64,000 nt of DNA, taken from assembly GCA_047495785.1 (NCBI GenBank), contig JBLDXI010000024.1, positions 3,100,001-3,164,000 on the forward strand. The letters are read 5' to 3'. This document shows positions 1-11,444 of the stretch, piece by piece. Source of the stretch: Lepidodermella squamata (taxonomy: Eukaryota > Animalia > Gastrotricha). Every line of letters starts with the position of its first letter. The first letter of the stretch is position 1. The position numbers and the translations under genes were made by a program. The notes under the pieces are model-generated. The model saw only the letters and a program-made list of their open reading frames with translations. It searched no databases and was not told where the DNA came from.

Positions 1-409
1 ACCCAAAGGAATTATTTTGTAAGTCGCCGATTGCTTGAGGTTGAGAAGCCCTGATTTATCTGAAGAAGATTGAATTTCCCAGAAATATACCGAAAAATCC
101 CATTGGAAAATTGTCGTTATTTGCAGTTGTTTAACTTTATTCCAGATTGCTTTATTCTGCGCTTAGCGAATTTCACACTTGATATGCTTTCACAGGGCAT
201 TTCAAATAGCCTCATGCCTTAGAATCAGAATCTATATAAATAGGGGATTTCTGCAATCATTAACCTAAACTATTAAGCAAGAAATCATTACGCTCAACGA
301 TAGAGAGGTTAGTGGAACACTCCGATGGGTACGAAGGATACGTAGTCAATTTGGAAGGTCTTTGAGGTTGCAGTTTGAGGTTGCTGCTCAACTTCGCGTT
401 CAGTTACTT

Positions 410-808
410 TTAATCATGAGTTACTTTCAGGTACGCCAATCCGCCTAATTTCTTCGCTATGGCACAAAATATTGGCCCATCATAACTGGAGCAGCCCCAT
501 GAAGGGGCTGTTACAACTTTTAGGCACGTGCAAAATGCGTTGTCACAATAGGCTCGACCTAGCTGTAGTTGGTAACATCTGTCGTGATTGGCGCAACAAC
601 GGTTGATATTGGCTAGAATTTTAAATCAGTAATTCACTAAGAGTTCAATAATGCAGCACTTACGTTTAAGCTCTGGGCAATCCCAACTGATAAATTTGGA
701 TGCTACCCAACGCTGGACACGGTCAGCCCCACAAGAAAACGAAGCGTAACTTCCACCAACAAGGAATATTACACCAATGGCCAAGGGTAAGATGAAAGCC
801 CTCTTCAT
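410..808 (-). CDS. Small secreted phospholipase A2-like protein, copy 1 (exons 808-664, 612-410; ~115 aa)
   Basis: Signal peptide MKRAFILPLAIGVIFLVGGSYA. 51-nt GT-AG intron. Exon 2 reads NINRCCANHDRCY...CDNAFCTCL, the sPLA2 CCxxHDxCY His-Asp motif plus CDxxFCxCL. Confidence 0.85.
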
Positions 809-1032
809 AGTTACGAGCGAGATATATTCGCTAATAAAAAAGCTGTGAAAAAACTACAGCAAATTTGCCGGAAATGCTGTTTGAATCATTTTCAGGGTTG
901 ACCGGTTTTTTTGTTTAAAAAACCACCCACCGGTTAAAACCTGTGAAACAAACCGGTCTTATTCATTTTAGCTACAAAGCTAAATATAGAATTGTCGCCA
1001 AAAATATAGGTCGAGTCGCTATGACAATTCGA

Positions 1033-1185
1033 TATTTTACGGTATAACATTCGTAAATCGTTCATATCTGAACTCGCCGCACTCGATTTACTCATTTCAA
1101 CTCGCCTCCGGCTCGTTCCGACTCGTAAATCTCGGGCGGCTCCGTACAGATATAAACGTTTTACTCATGTCATACCATACAAATA
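1033..1185. mobile_element. Short fold-back / MITE-like element
   Basis: Left arm TATTTTACGGTATAACATTCGTAAATCGTTCATATCTGAAC is an imperfect reverse complement of right arm GTACAGATATAAACGTTTTACTCATGTCATACCATACAAATA. No coding capacity. Confidence 0.55.
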
Positions 1186-1464
1186 TAAATCTCAATAGCT
1201 GACCAGCGGTCGCTCACATTGAATAATGATCTTCACCTCGCGGATGTAAAAAAGCCTAAATCCAAGCTAATCAGCAATGCTAACGCTATGTCCGTCCTCT
1301 TCGATATCCCCGTAAAAGATTGAAGTTCACAGAGGTATTTCCGAGACAACCCGATTGAAGTACTATCTGGAAGTCTAACCCTAAATAGGAAAGAACGATA
1401 TTGGTAGCTTAGTAAGGTCTATAAGCAGTTTATCTTCTCAACGTCAGTTATGATTTGTTTCAAA

Positions 1465-1862
1465 TTAGCCTCGAGCAGCATTGCGGTACGCTTTTTCGCC
1501 ATATTTTCTAACAGCAGTACAGAATGCAGGCCCGTCAACATTGCGGCAAGCCCATGAAGGAGCTGTTGCAGTTTGTAGGCATGAGCAAAACGCGTAGTCA
1601 CAGTTGCTTCGACCTCGTTGTTGGTCGTAGCATCTGTCGTGAGCGACGCAGCAATTGTTGACAGCGGCAAAAATAATTGGCAATAATTGCCTAATAAATC
1701 AATAGTTTAGCACATACATTTAAGCGATGGGCAATCCAGTTCGATGGAGACGGAGGCGAACCAACGCTGGAAACGGTTAGCCCCACAAGCAAACTCGGCG
1801 TAACATCCGCTAACAAGGAATATTACGCCAATAGCCAATGGCAAGATGCAAGCCCTGCTCAT
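1465..1862 (-). CDS. Small secreted phospholipase A2-like protein, copy 2 (exons 1862-1718, 1667-1465; intron ends in TG)
   Basis: Exon lengths 145 and 203 nt, identical to copy 1. Has CCVAHDRCY and CDYAFCSCL. The homologous acceptor reads TTTTTG|CC instead of AG|CC, so it may be a pseudogene. Confidence 0.75.
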
Positions 1863-2617
1863 GGTAATTAATGCGTTATGAACGGTCAATAAACGAACGC
1901 GTTGAAAGAAGTAAAAGACGATTTTAAATTAATTTTGGAGGAGAAAAAGGGAGCTTATCTAGTGCCAAGGTATTGAAGTTCAGATGATTCATTCTTCAAG
2001 CGACATCTCAATCAACATGTTTTTTTAATGTTGGGTACATTTCCCGCTTCGGGTGAAGTAGTTGATTAGCAAGTCAATTCATTAGTTAATATTATGCACG
2101 TGTATTATCTGGGATGAATTTCCAGGGAAACACTAAGTTTCCCTAAAATGGGCGGTGTAATGTCAAAATACCAAAAACAGCCGATGCGTGTCGAGTGCAT
2201 TAGTCAGGAAACTCGAGAAGGCATTTTTGACGTTCAAAATGCTAAAACACGTGCAAAATTTATAGTTATCTTACTTCTTCTTTCATTAGGTGTCAGAAGG
2301 TTTCCCTCTTAGCTGAGATTCGGCTTGTCTCCGATCACTCCGATGACTTCGATTTCGCTCAGAGCTAATCGTCTATTTCCCAGTGTAAACTGTCTTATGC
2401 CTTTTAAAGAACGGTCCTCGAATAACAGAAATAGTTTTATTAAGGAGGAACGTGCGGGGATTGCTAGCAAAATCACATTTTAAACTACATGGAACATAGA
2501 AGATATATTATTCACTCTATATTATCAAACGAACATTTAACGGAACATTCGATGGGGATAAATTATGCATGGTAATAAAGTCAATACGCATGGTCAGCAT
2601 GGGACATTCTTCTCAAT

Positions 2618-3036
2618 TCAGCCTCGAGCAGCAGCGCGGTAGGGGCCATCTCCGAATCTTCTGACAGCAGCGCAAAATGCTGGCCCGTCAACATTACGGC
2701 AGAGCAGTGACGAGGCCGATGCAGTTTGTAGGCATGAGCAAAACGTATTGTCACAATTGGTTCGACCTCGCTGTTGGTCATAGCATCGATCGTGAGCGAT
2801 GCAGCAATTGTTGATTGCGGCTGAAACGTCACAAATCATTAAATTATTGACCATTTAGGATTTAGGCGAAATGGTTACGCATTACGTTTAAGCTTAGGGC
2901 AGTCGGCTTCAATGAACTTGTAGGTATAATATTGCAAGAAGCGATTCGAACCACAGGCCCAATTGCTGGCTTGCGCCTCGCCCCGTCCAACCATCATAGC
3001 CACGCCAATCACAGCCAAGATTACAGCCTTGTACAT
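2618..3036 (-). CDS. Small secreted phospholipase A2-like protein, copy 3 (exons 3036-2886, 2820-2618)
   Basis: Signal peptide MYKAVILAVIGVAMMVGRGEA. 65-nt GT-AG intron ending TTTCAG. Has CCIAHDRCY and CDNTFCSCL. Confidence 0.85.
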
Positions 3037-3545
3037 TTTGCGAGAAGTTAACAATTTGAATTAGGAAATTATTGAGAGCTGATTAAAATGCAGAGAACAC
3101 TGGGCACTTATATGCTATGGGGAGGAAGTTGGCTATTACCGGTAACCCCATAAAGGAGACATTCGCAAGCATTCTACTTTCCCGAAATGTCTCCACGTAG
3201 GCGATTGAACGCACGTTATGCTTTCGAGTTTTTTCAACTTGTCGTCTGGCATAGGATGTGTGGCTCACTAAAGAATTTATCTTCATGACCGTTGAATTTT
3301 CTAGATTTTTTATATATAATATTCTTTAAGGTTAAAGCCTTTTACATTTGGCGAGAATTGAACACAGAATTAAGCAATTATTTATTCTGCTTTCCCGAAA
3401 TGTCTCCAGGCAAGCAATTTAGCACACGTTACGCTTTTCAGTTTTTTTTTAACTTGTCATCTGGCATAAATGTGTGGCTGGCTAAAGAAGTTGTTTTCAT
3501 AACCGTTGAATTTTCGAGACGTTTTTTATATAAATTATATTATCA
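3026..3545. repeat. Tandem partial duplication of the PLA2 copy-3 start/upstream region
   Basis: 3026-3072 matches 3338-3384. 3175-3325 (TTCCCGAAATGTCTCCA...ACCGTTGAATTTTC) matches 3390-3545. The second copy has ATG TAA where the gene has ATG TAC. Confidence 0.7.
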
Positions 3546-3594
3546 TCACACCAAAAATAGCTCTTGAAAGCACATGTATTAAAACATTACACAG

Positions 3595-4107
3595 GTTCGA
3601 GATAACTCGAACGGCCACTCAGCAATTTCGATAGCTGCAAAGCACGGCTTTTGGGAAATCGTTGAATTTCTCAAAGTTCACGGAGCCGACATCAACTCGA
3701 CAAGCCCTAATTCTGGAAAAACAGCCCTGATTCTAGCCGCCGAACGTGGCCACGAAGAATGTGTCGAGTTACTGGTTCGACATGGCGCCAATTTAAATGC
3801 CCGTTGTAAGGAACGCAACTGGACGGCCTTACAATACGCAGCTCGACAAGAACACGCAGCAATTTGCAGGTTTTTGATGGATACAGGAGCGGAGAAGCAT
3901 GACCTGAGCCAAGATCAAATCAGCGCTCTTACGATAGTCCGATGTCGGAGCCGTAAAGTTACTGGAATCTTGAAGCCGAGGGAGTCACTCACGCCAAGAA
4001 GCGGCAATGAAGCTAAAACCGTCCAATTCGACCTTGACGTTGAAAAATCAAGCGCATCGCCTATCAAAGCTAAACAGCGCAAAAATGTGAAAATCACTGG
4101 ACCATAA
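3595..4107 (+). CDS. Ankyrin-repeat protein, terminal exon only (5' exons not found)
   Basis: After ACAG| the frame reads VRDNSNGHSAISIAAKHGFWEIVEFLKVHGADIN..GKTALILAAERGHEECVELLVRHGANLN..WTALQYAARQEHAAICRFLMDTGA, three clear ANK repeats, open to TAA at 4107. Confidence 0.75.
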   Translation, partial: VRDNSNGHSAISIAAKHGFWEIVEFLKVHGADINSTSPNSGKTALILAAERGHEECVELLVRHGANLNARCKERNWTALQYAARQEHAAICRFLMDTGAEKHDLSQDQISALTIVRCRSRKVTGILKPRESLTPRSGNEAKTVQFDLDVEKSSASPIKAKQRKNVKITGP

Positions 4108-4809
4108 CGTTTTTTAAGCCCAATGTTACGGATTATTGATAATTTTTTCAGCTTTTTGTTAGTTATTTTAAGCGATTGAGGAATAAAATGAATCATGATT
4201 TTTCTTCCGACTTTTGTATTATTACAAACAACATCTGTTAGCGGTGTGCAGCAGCGCAATGTTATCGCAAGTGGGCGCGAGGGGCGATTTGTTGTTGTTG
4301 GAAGAAAATCGCTCATCACGCTCGCGTAAACAATTATAGACGAGCGTGGGCGATGAACGCGAAAAAACACCTCACACTGCGGCTTTTTAGCAATTAGCCG
4401 CTCTTCAATCTCTCTGAGTAAACTGTTTCACCTTTCGCTCGCACACAGATGAAAGCTGATTGATGATGGCAATCATAGCCGACGAAAAAATACACCAGAA
4501 ACATCAGCCTTAATCCGAGGCATTCAAGCGTGATGTGCGTACGCGGCGGATTATGGCCATGGCGCAATAATTTTAAAATGCAAATTCCTATAACACGATG
4601 ATACCAATGAATAACTTGTTTTTGATATAATCTGTCTAGGTCAGTTTTCGCACGCATTGAAAGGACATTTTCAATTAATCAGCCTCCCTCTTATAAAAAG
4701 TTGCTAATTACTGAAAAGGTTACTTGGCCTCAAAAGCTATTTTTCCTCCTTAATAATAATTATTTTTTCGACGCAATATTTTTTAATCAGCTTATTTAGT
4801 TTTACAAAG

Positions 4810-7145
4810 ATGCTCTGGATTTTTGCCGTTTTGTTGTCGAGTTTTGCGAGTGCAAATCGGCAGTCGTTACCGAGACCTGGACAGAAGGGCCATATTGCTG
4901 GCAGCCAGTTGTTCAAGGACGTTGTTGGCAAGTATAACAAGTACATTTTGCCCGTGAAAGCGACCGATGACAATGTCGACATTCGTATGCTGCTCAAACT
5001 CGTACAGCTAACAGATATCGTAAGTTTTTCGAGGTTTTCCCGAGATAACTAATCCATTTCTGATCAGGATGAGAGGAATCAAATTATGACTACAACAGTC
5101 TGGGTTCAGCACGAATGGCACGATGCCGGGCTGGTTTGGAACCCAAGGGATTACAGCAATATAACTAAACTTCAATTAGTAAGGACAAATCCAAAAATTC
5201 TGGGTAAAATTGAATTTTGCCAATTTTTTCAGCCCGCGGACGATGTTTGGCTACCAGACACGGTAATTTTCTACCTTAATTAATTTTAGATATTTTGAAA
5301 TGTTCGGAAAGGTGCTGTACAACAACGCCGATGGTGACTATCAGATAACGATTAAGACGAAAATAACAGTTTTTAGCAATGGCCGAGTACTTTGGCACCC
5401 GCCTGCGATTTATAAATCTTTCTGCTACATCAATGTCAAATTTTTTCGTAAGCTCTATGAATTTTTTTATATAATTTATATATTGTTTTTTCATTTAGCA
5501 TTCGATGAGGTGATTTTTAATTTTCTATGCGAACAATTTGTGAATGACTTGGATTTTTTCAGCAAGTTTGCGAGCTCAAATTCGGACCTTGGTGTAAGTG
5601 GGCTGAATTAAAGGCGGAATTTGCCTTCATTTATTCTTCTTCTCCAGCGTATGACATTTCTAAGGTGGATTACTGGCTATATGATATAGGCGATGCCACG
5701 AGAAATGTGACAAATTTCCTACATCAAGCGGCTGATATGGAGGAGTACAAGCCCTCGGTAGAATGGGACATTCTCAAGGTCACCGGCAAGAGAACCGTCT
5801 TTCAATACCCTTGCTGCACTGAGGAATACGTAAATGAATTTTAAAAAAAATTCAATTAGTGATAATCCTTTAAAATTTCAAATTTTTCAAATTTTCATTT
5901 TGAAAGTCACTTTTTAAAATTCAATTTAAATTTAAAAAAAAAATAAAAAAATTCGGCAGACCATCATAACAGCAAGTTTTTCAAATTGCGACATAACAGC
6001 AGAAACATTATGTGCATTCGAAGTTAAGGTTTGCGCTGTTTTGTAGCGAAATAAAAGATTTGCTGTTTTGTCGCATTTGCTGTTTTGTCGCATTTGCTGT
6101 TTTGTCGCATTTGCTGTTTTGTCGCGATTTCAAAAATTCAAAATATTTCAAGAATTCTAAAATTTCATGAAAAATGAAGAATTTGATCATTGAAACCTTT
6201 TTTTGTTCCAGGTGGATGTGACTTATCGAATACACATTCGGCGCAAAACTCTCTACTACACAATCACACTAATTATACCGTAATTTTTTCAAAAATTTCA
6301 TGACCTAGAAAAATTGAATTTTCGCTCCTTTTAGATGTGTCCTGATCTCGTTTCTCACTGTATTCGTATTTTACTTGCCATCAGAAAGCGGTGAAAAAAT
6401 CACGCTATCAATCAGCATCCTCGTCTCACTGACTGTGTTCATCCTGTTGCTGTACGAAATCATCCCGCCAACATCCCACGCCGTCCCACTCATGTGCAAA
6501 TACCTGCTATTCACAACAGTGCTCGTCACATTTTCAATCATTGTCACCATTTTAATTTTGACAATTCATTTCCGCCATTCGCACGCCTTTGACATGCCGA
6601 AATGGATTCGAATCGTGTTTTTAAAGTACCTGCCCCAATTACTGTTCTACCGAAGCCCGTTGGAGCAATGGTATGCCGAACGTATGAAATCGTTGAATAA
6701 ATCGATTTTCAAGCACGACGACACGCCGTCGAGCGACAGCCAGTATAACATCGAAGAATGTTGCCCATATGTCAACGAGGACTTTAGCCAACAAACTACA
6801 ACAACAACCATGCGTTACGCACCCTGGGTGAAATCGATGCCGAATCGGCTTGAAATGTCCTGTTATGAAAACGTTGTCTTCATGTCCCAATCGCAGATGG
6901 AGGGCGAGTTGAGTGACCTCATCGACTACAACGAGATTCGATTGGCGCTGATGGATGTGCATTACATTTCGAACATTTTTCGAGATAATACGATTGAGGC
7001 GAAGAAGAAGGCCGACTGGGAGGCGGTTGCGCGAGTCCTAGATCGGTTGTTCCTATTCATTTTTGCGATGGCTGTCGTAGTAGGGACATGTGCTATTCTC
7101 GCCTCGGCTCCGGCGTTATATGACTCAACGGAGCCGATTGGCTAG
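4810..7145 (+). CDS. Nicotinic acetylcholine receptor alpha-type subunit, paralog 1 (9 exons)
   Basis: Exons 4810-5019, 5068-5178, 5233-5262, 5312-5447, 5499-5509, 5563-5593, 5648-5829, 6212-6279, 6335-7145. Signal peptide, LYNNADG, Cys-loop [15 protein letters not shown], loop [10 protein letters not shown]2 [18 protein letters not shown]4 ending APALYD. Confidence 0.95.
6059..6126. repeat. 17-bp tandem repeat (TTTGCTGTTTTGTCGCA)x4 inside an nAChR1 intron
   Basis: Directly visible tandem units. Confidence 0.85.
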
Positions 7146-7986
7146 CGCCTTTCATGCTATATTTTTTTTTTAAATTAGACCATTATTGAATTTATATTTT
7201 TTGCCTCATTTTTGGGATTTTAGCTATCCATATAACCCAGAAAAATAAATTAGTAAGGTATTGTATAACTCCATGAATGCATTCGATTGAGAATAAGAAA
7301 AATCATTGATTCGTGGGCAATTAGTGAAAATCCCTGGAAGTGGGATCAATTGGTTTTCAGAGTTTTGGAATTCCATGAACCAAATTTTCTTATCTTTAGG
7401 AGGAAATATTTCTGGATTCCATTAGGTGGGCAATCTCGACTCGCCACTCAAAAAAGAAATATTAAGGTAAAATAATTAAAAATCCCCCTTAATTTTTGAA
7501 TTTTTTTGAAATTTGGAATTTTAAATTGATAAGACACATTTTTTAGGCGGAAAACAGTGCGCTCTCCATTTGTTTTTCAAATCAGCTGGCAATTCAAACG
7601 ATCGTTTTTTATAAATATTTTTTATTTTTTATTTGTTTACAAAATTTTAGTAACAAATTCGAAAAAATTCTCGAAAAATGATCGTTTGAATCACTCACGT
7701 CTTATTAGGATCAACCAATCGGAGATCGCACTGTTTTCCGTCTAAAATTCGGTCACATGAAATATAGCGTCTTCAGCCTCAAGGACGAGAAAACAATTCT
7801 ATTTGCTATGAAAACGGAATAATTCTATTATTGCATTTCCGATCAACAACCTAATTTATACTGAAAATGGATAAATAAAAGAATAATTCGTTGTGTAAAT
7901 GTTACTGTGGTCTATTAGCATAAGCTTTTCAAAAAGTTCGCTTCTAGCGAATGAGAATGAAAGCAATTTTTATAGCTGAAAGCTGA

Positions 7987-10077
7987 ATGATGATAACTTT
8001 CAAGTTTATCGCTTTAGCCGTTAATTTCGCCTTTCTGAGGGCTCAACTGTTAGACGATGGCTGCGAATGGGAGCCGAATGGAATACCTGACGTCATACCG
8101 GGCGATCGATTATTCACCCATGTTATGGGTCGCTACAACAAATACACCCTGCCAGTGGAGAAAACCAACGAAAATGTTGACATTCGTTTGCTGTTGAAGT
8201 TCGACCAGCTTACCGATATTGTTTGGGGAAAATTGAAAAATTCAGCCTTTTATTGCCAGATTTTATTCTAGGACGAAAGAAATCAAATAATGACTACAAC
8301 AGTTTGGGTCTACCATGAATGGGTTGATCCTTACTTGACCTGGAATCCAGCCCAATTCGACAATATTACAAAACTTCACCTGGTAAATAAATTTCTCAGC
8401 TTCGAAAATAGATAGATAATTAATATGAGTGATTTGCCAGCCTTCAAGTTTAGTCTGGTTGCCTGATACTGTTCTGTACAACAATGCTGATGGTCACTAC
8501 CAAATAACCAACAAACGAAAGGTAATGGTCTACTATACAGGTCGCATCATCTGGGAACCGCCGGCTATCTACAAGTCCTTCTGCAATATCAACGTCAAAT
8601 ATTTCCGTAAATTTTGAAAATAGTTTCCCTCTTAATTCTGATTTTTCCATTTTTGTGCTCAGCATTCGATGAGGTTTGGATTTTTACTCCGTCGAAATTT
8701 ATTTATTTTTATGCTGTTTTATTGAAGCAAATTTGCGAGCTCAAATTTGGACCTTGGTGTAAGCAATTTTTCAACAAGCTTTTTTCTGATTTGACCTAAT
8801 TTCTCTTTGAAAGCTTTCGATATTTCCAAGGTCGACTATTGGCTGTATCACGTGAATGATGTGACGCGTAACAAAACCAGCCGGCTGGAAATGGCCGCCG
8901 ATATGGATGGCTACATGCCATCAGTTCAGTGGGACATTCTCAAAATCGAAGCTGATCGCACTGTTTTCCAATACCCATGCTGTACCGAAAAATATGTGAG
9001 CTGCCCAAAAATTTGAAATTTTAAAAAATTCCTGAATTTTCGAAGAAATTTAAAGAAATTAAAAGAAATTTGAAAAATTGAAAATTTCAAGCATTAAATT
9101 TAATACGAAAATCAGGTCTTCTTGGATCGTACCCTTTTGAACCTTCTAGAAAATAATTTTATGAAAATATTTCTCAATTTATTTTTCAATTTATTTATGA
9201 TCTCATTATTTGAAATATCTTAACTATTGCGGTCCTAATTTTTGAAAAAATTAATTTTTTTAAGGTCGACATCACCTATCGCATTCGGATGCGAAGAAAA
9301 GCGCTCTACTACACTGTGAACCTAATTATTCCGTAAATTTTCCCGATTATTTTTACTTCCATCTTAAAATTCGAGTTTTTAACCAGGACCGTTATGATAT
9401 CATTTTTAACTGTTTTCATCTTTTATCTGCCATCGGAGAGCGGCGAGAAAATTACCCTATCCATCAGTGTTAACGTCGCCCTGACCGTGTTCAACTTGTT
9501 GCTGTACGAAATCATCCCTCCAACTTCACAAGCCGTTCCGTTAATGAGCAAATACCTGCTATTCACAACAATTCTCGTCACATTTTCAGTCATAATCTCA
9601 ATTTCAACGCTGAATATTCATTTCCGCCATCCGCGTTATGAAATGCCGGATTGGATGCGGAAAATCTTCCTCGGCTACCTGCCGAAATTGCTATGTTACG
9701 ATGTCCCACTCGAGAAATGGCACAGGGATAGAATGCGGCGTATCAATCGGTCAATTTTCAAGTCAAAACCAGAATCGGACGAGAAGGAAATTTATGCAAA
9801 TGACGAATTTTTCCGGTCACAACAACGAATTCGCGATAATTACAAGCAATTTTTCAGTGCGATGCAGATCACGAGTATGTTGGATGAGGTGCATTTGATT
9901 TCGGAGCGGTTTCGAGATAATAATCGGGCTAGAAAGCGCAAAGCTGACTGGCAGGCGGTTGCTCGGGTGATTGATAAGCTGTTTTCGATGATTTTCACTG
10001 CGGCTGTTGTTTCGACGACTTTTGCGACGGTTGCATTCGCGCCGACTCTTTATGACACCACGCCAGCAATTGCGTGA
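7987..10077 (+). CDS. Nicotinic acetylcholine receptor alpha-type subunit, paralog 2
   Basis: Same exon scheme, microexon 8663-8673. Cys-loop [24 protein letters not shown]2 [23 protein letters not shown], shorter M3-M4 loop. Confidence 0.93.
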
Positions 10078-11444
10078 GAAAAAATGAGAAAAAAGTGTAT
10101 GCGGTCGGCAAATTTGACCTATAAAATGTTATGCAATTGCTATAACGAGAATAAAAATTTTCACGCTTTTGTTGGGCCATGAATTTGTTGGCAGAGAAAT
10201 TTTTATATCAAATTTCAATGAAATTTTCCATCGTTTTTCTCAAGCCATCTTACCAAGCAATTTAGTCTCGTTGCCGTTCTCTGTTTATTTCCGACCACTT
10301 CGATTCAATGGAAAAAGTTGCTCTCTTCCCTCGGCTCAGACTTGAGGAAACCAGAAACCATACCCATTATTTACGAATAGTTCCGAATGCATTTGGCACA
10401 GCTCTCAGCTGGTATTAGGGCGAAATAATTTTCGGATGAAAGCTGATTTCTTGCGAGCTGCTGTTCAACGTTTTCAATGATAGATCTCAAGTTCGGAACG
10501 AACCGGAAGCCAGTGCTTATTCTAATGAATTCAACCAGTTTGAGTTTATCAGTAGGGATGGCTATTTTCAATGATATGGGCGAAGCTCCCAGGTGGTCGG
10601 TGGGAGTGTAGAACGCAAATGCATGTCCGTTATATTGGAAATATGTCAAATTTTATCACTATATTTCGCAAAGTCAAGATCAAACTTATTCACTCAGGAA
10701 TAGACGCTGGCCATTACGCGGTAAAAATGAAAAAAAATTCTCCAATATAAAAATGTGTCTTTCAAAGAAGAGAATAATATTCTGCCGAAAGGAAGAGATA
10801 TTTCTGTCGAACTTTCTCCTAAAAAAGGATTCATCCTCGTCTTAACCTGGCTATAAAAAAATTAGCATTTAAAAGTCTCCTCAAAATGGAAAATATTCCC
10901 CAATTTTTTCTTGAAAAATTTCGATTTTTGCAATCACGAACTTTTTTTTTAAGGATCTAATATAATTTTGTATTACAGCAAGAAAAATCATCGTCAAGAT
11001 AATTGCTGCTTAAGCGCTGAAATTCCGAGAAATCCCCTTGGGCTATGCTCTCATATGGCTCGCTGCAAGACCGTTTCCAATTTTTACTAACAATATATCA
11101 CATTTCGGCAAAAATTCAGCCTACTAACAGCACCCACGTCTTTTATCTGCGTTTTCACTGAAAAACCCGATTTTAATTGGTTCGGTAATTTTCGGTATTT
11201 TACCCGGTTGAACTAAATTTCTCCGGAGTGCCAATTGAAGATTATTCAATTTGACGCTACAGCAGTAGATTGTTTTCATGGTTTTCTTTTGTCTACCTTA
11301 AATTATTTGCCATTGCTTGGACTTAATTTTGCCTGCAGAGTGCAGAGCCGAAACAAGGTATCGATTTTGCAAATCACGGATTTTTCCCATATCGGTAGTA
11401 TTTATTGATACCCAACATTGAAAGGTGGATCATCTGTGCCAAGC

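Noticed and set aside
3915-4370. 151-aa minus-strand ORF
   Set aside because: Antisense to the ankyrin exon, non-ATG start, no recognisable motif.
6059-6126. Possible CRISPR-like array (also the 48190-48600 repeats)
   Set aside because: The 6059 units are head-to-tail with no spacers, the 48-kb units are irregularly spaced inside a MITE, the context is eukaryotic, and there are no cas genes.
6639-6962. Antisense ORFs over nAChR and GPCR exons (also 23975, 29399, 36110, 40442, 44240, 53991 and others)
   Set aside because: Shadow frames of well-supported genes on the other strand.
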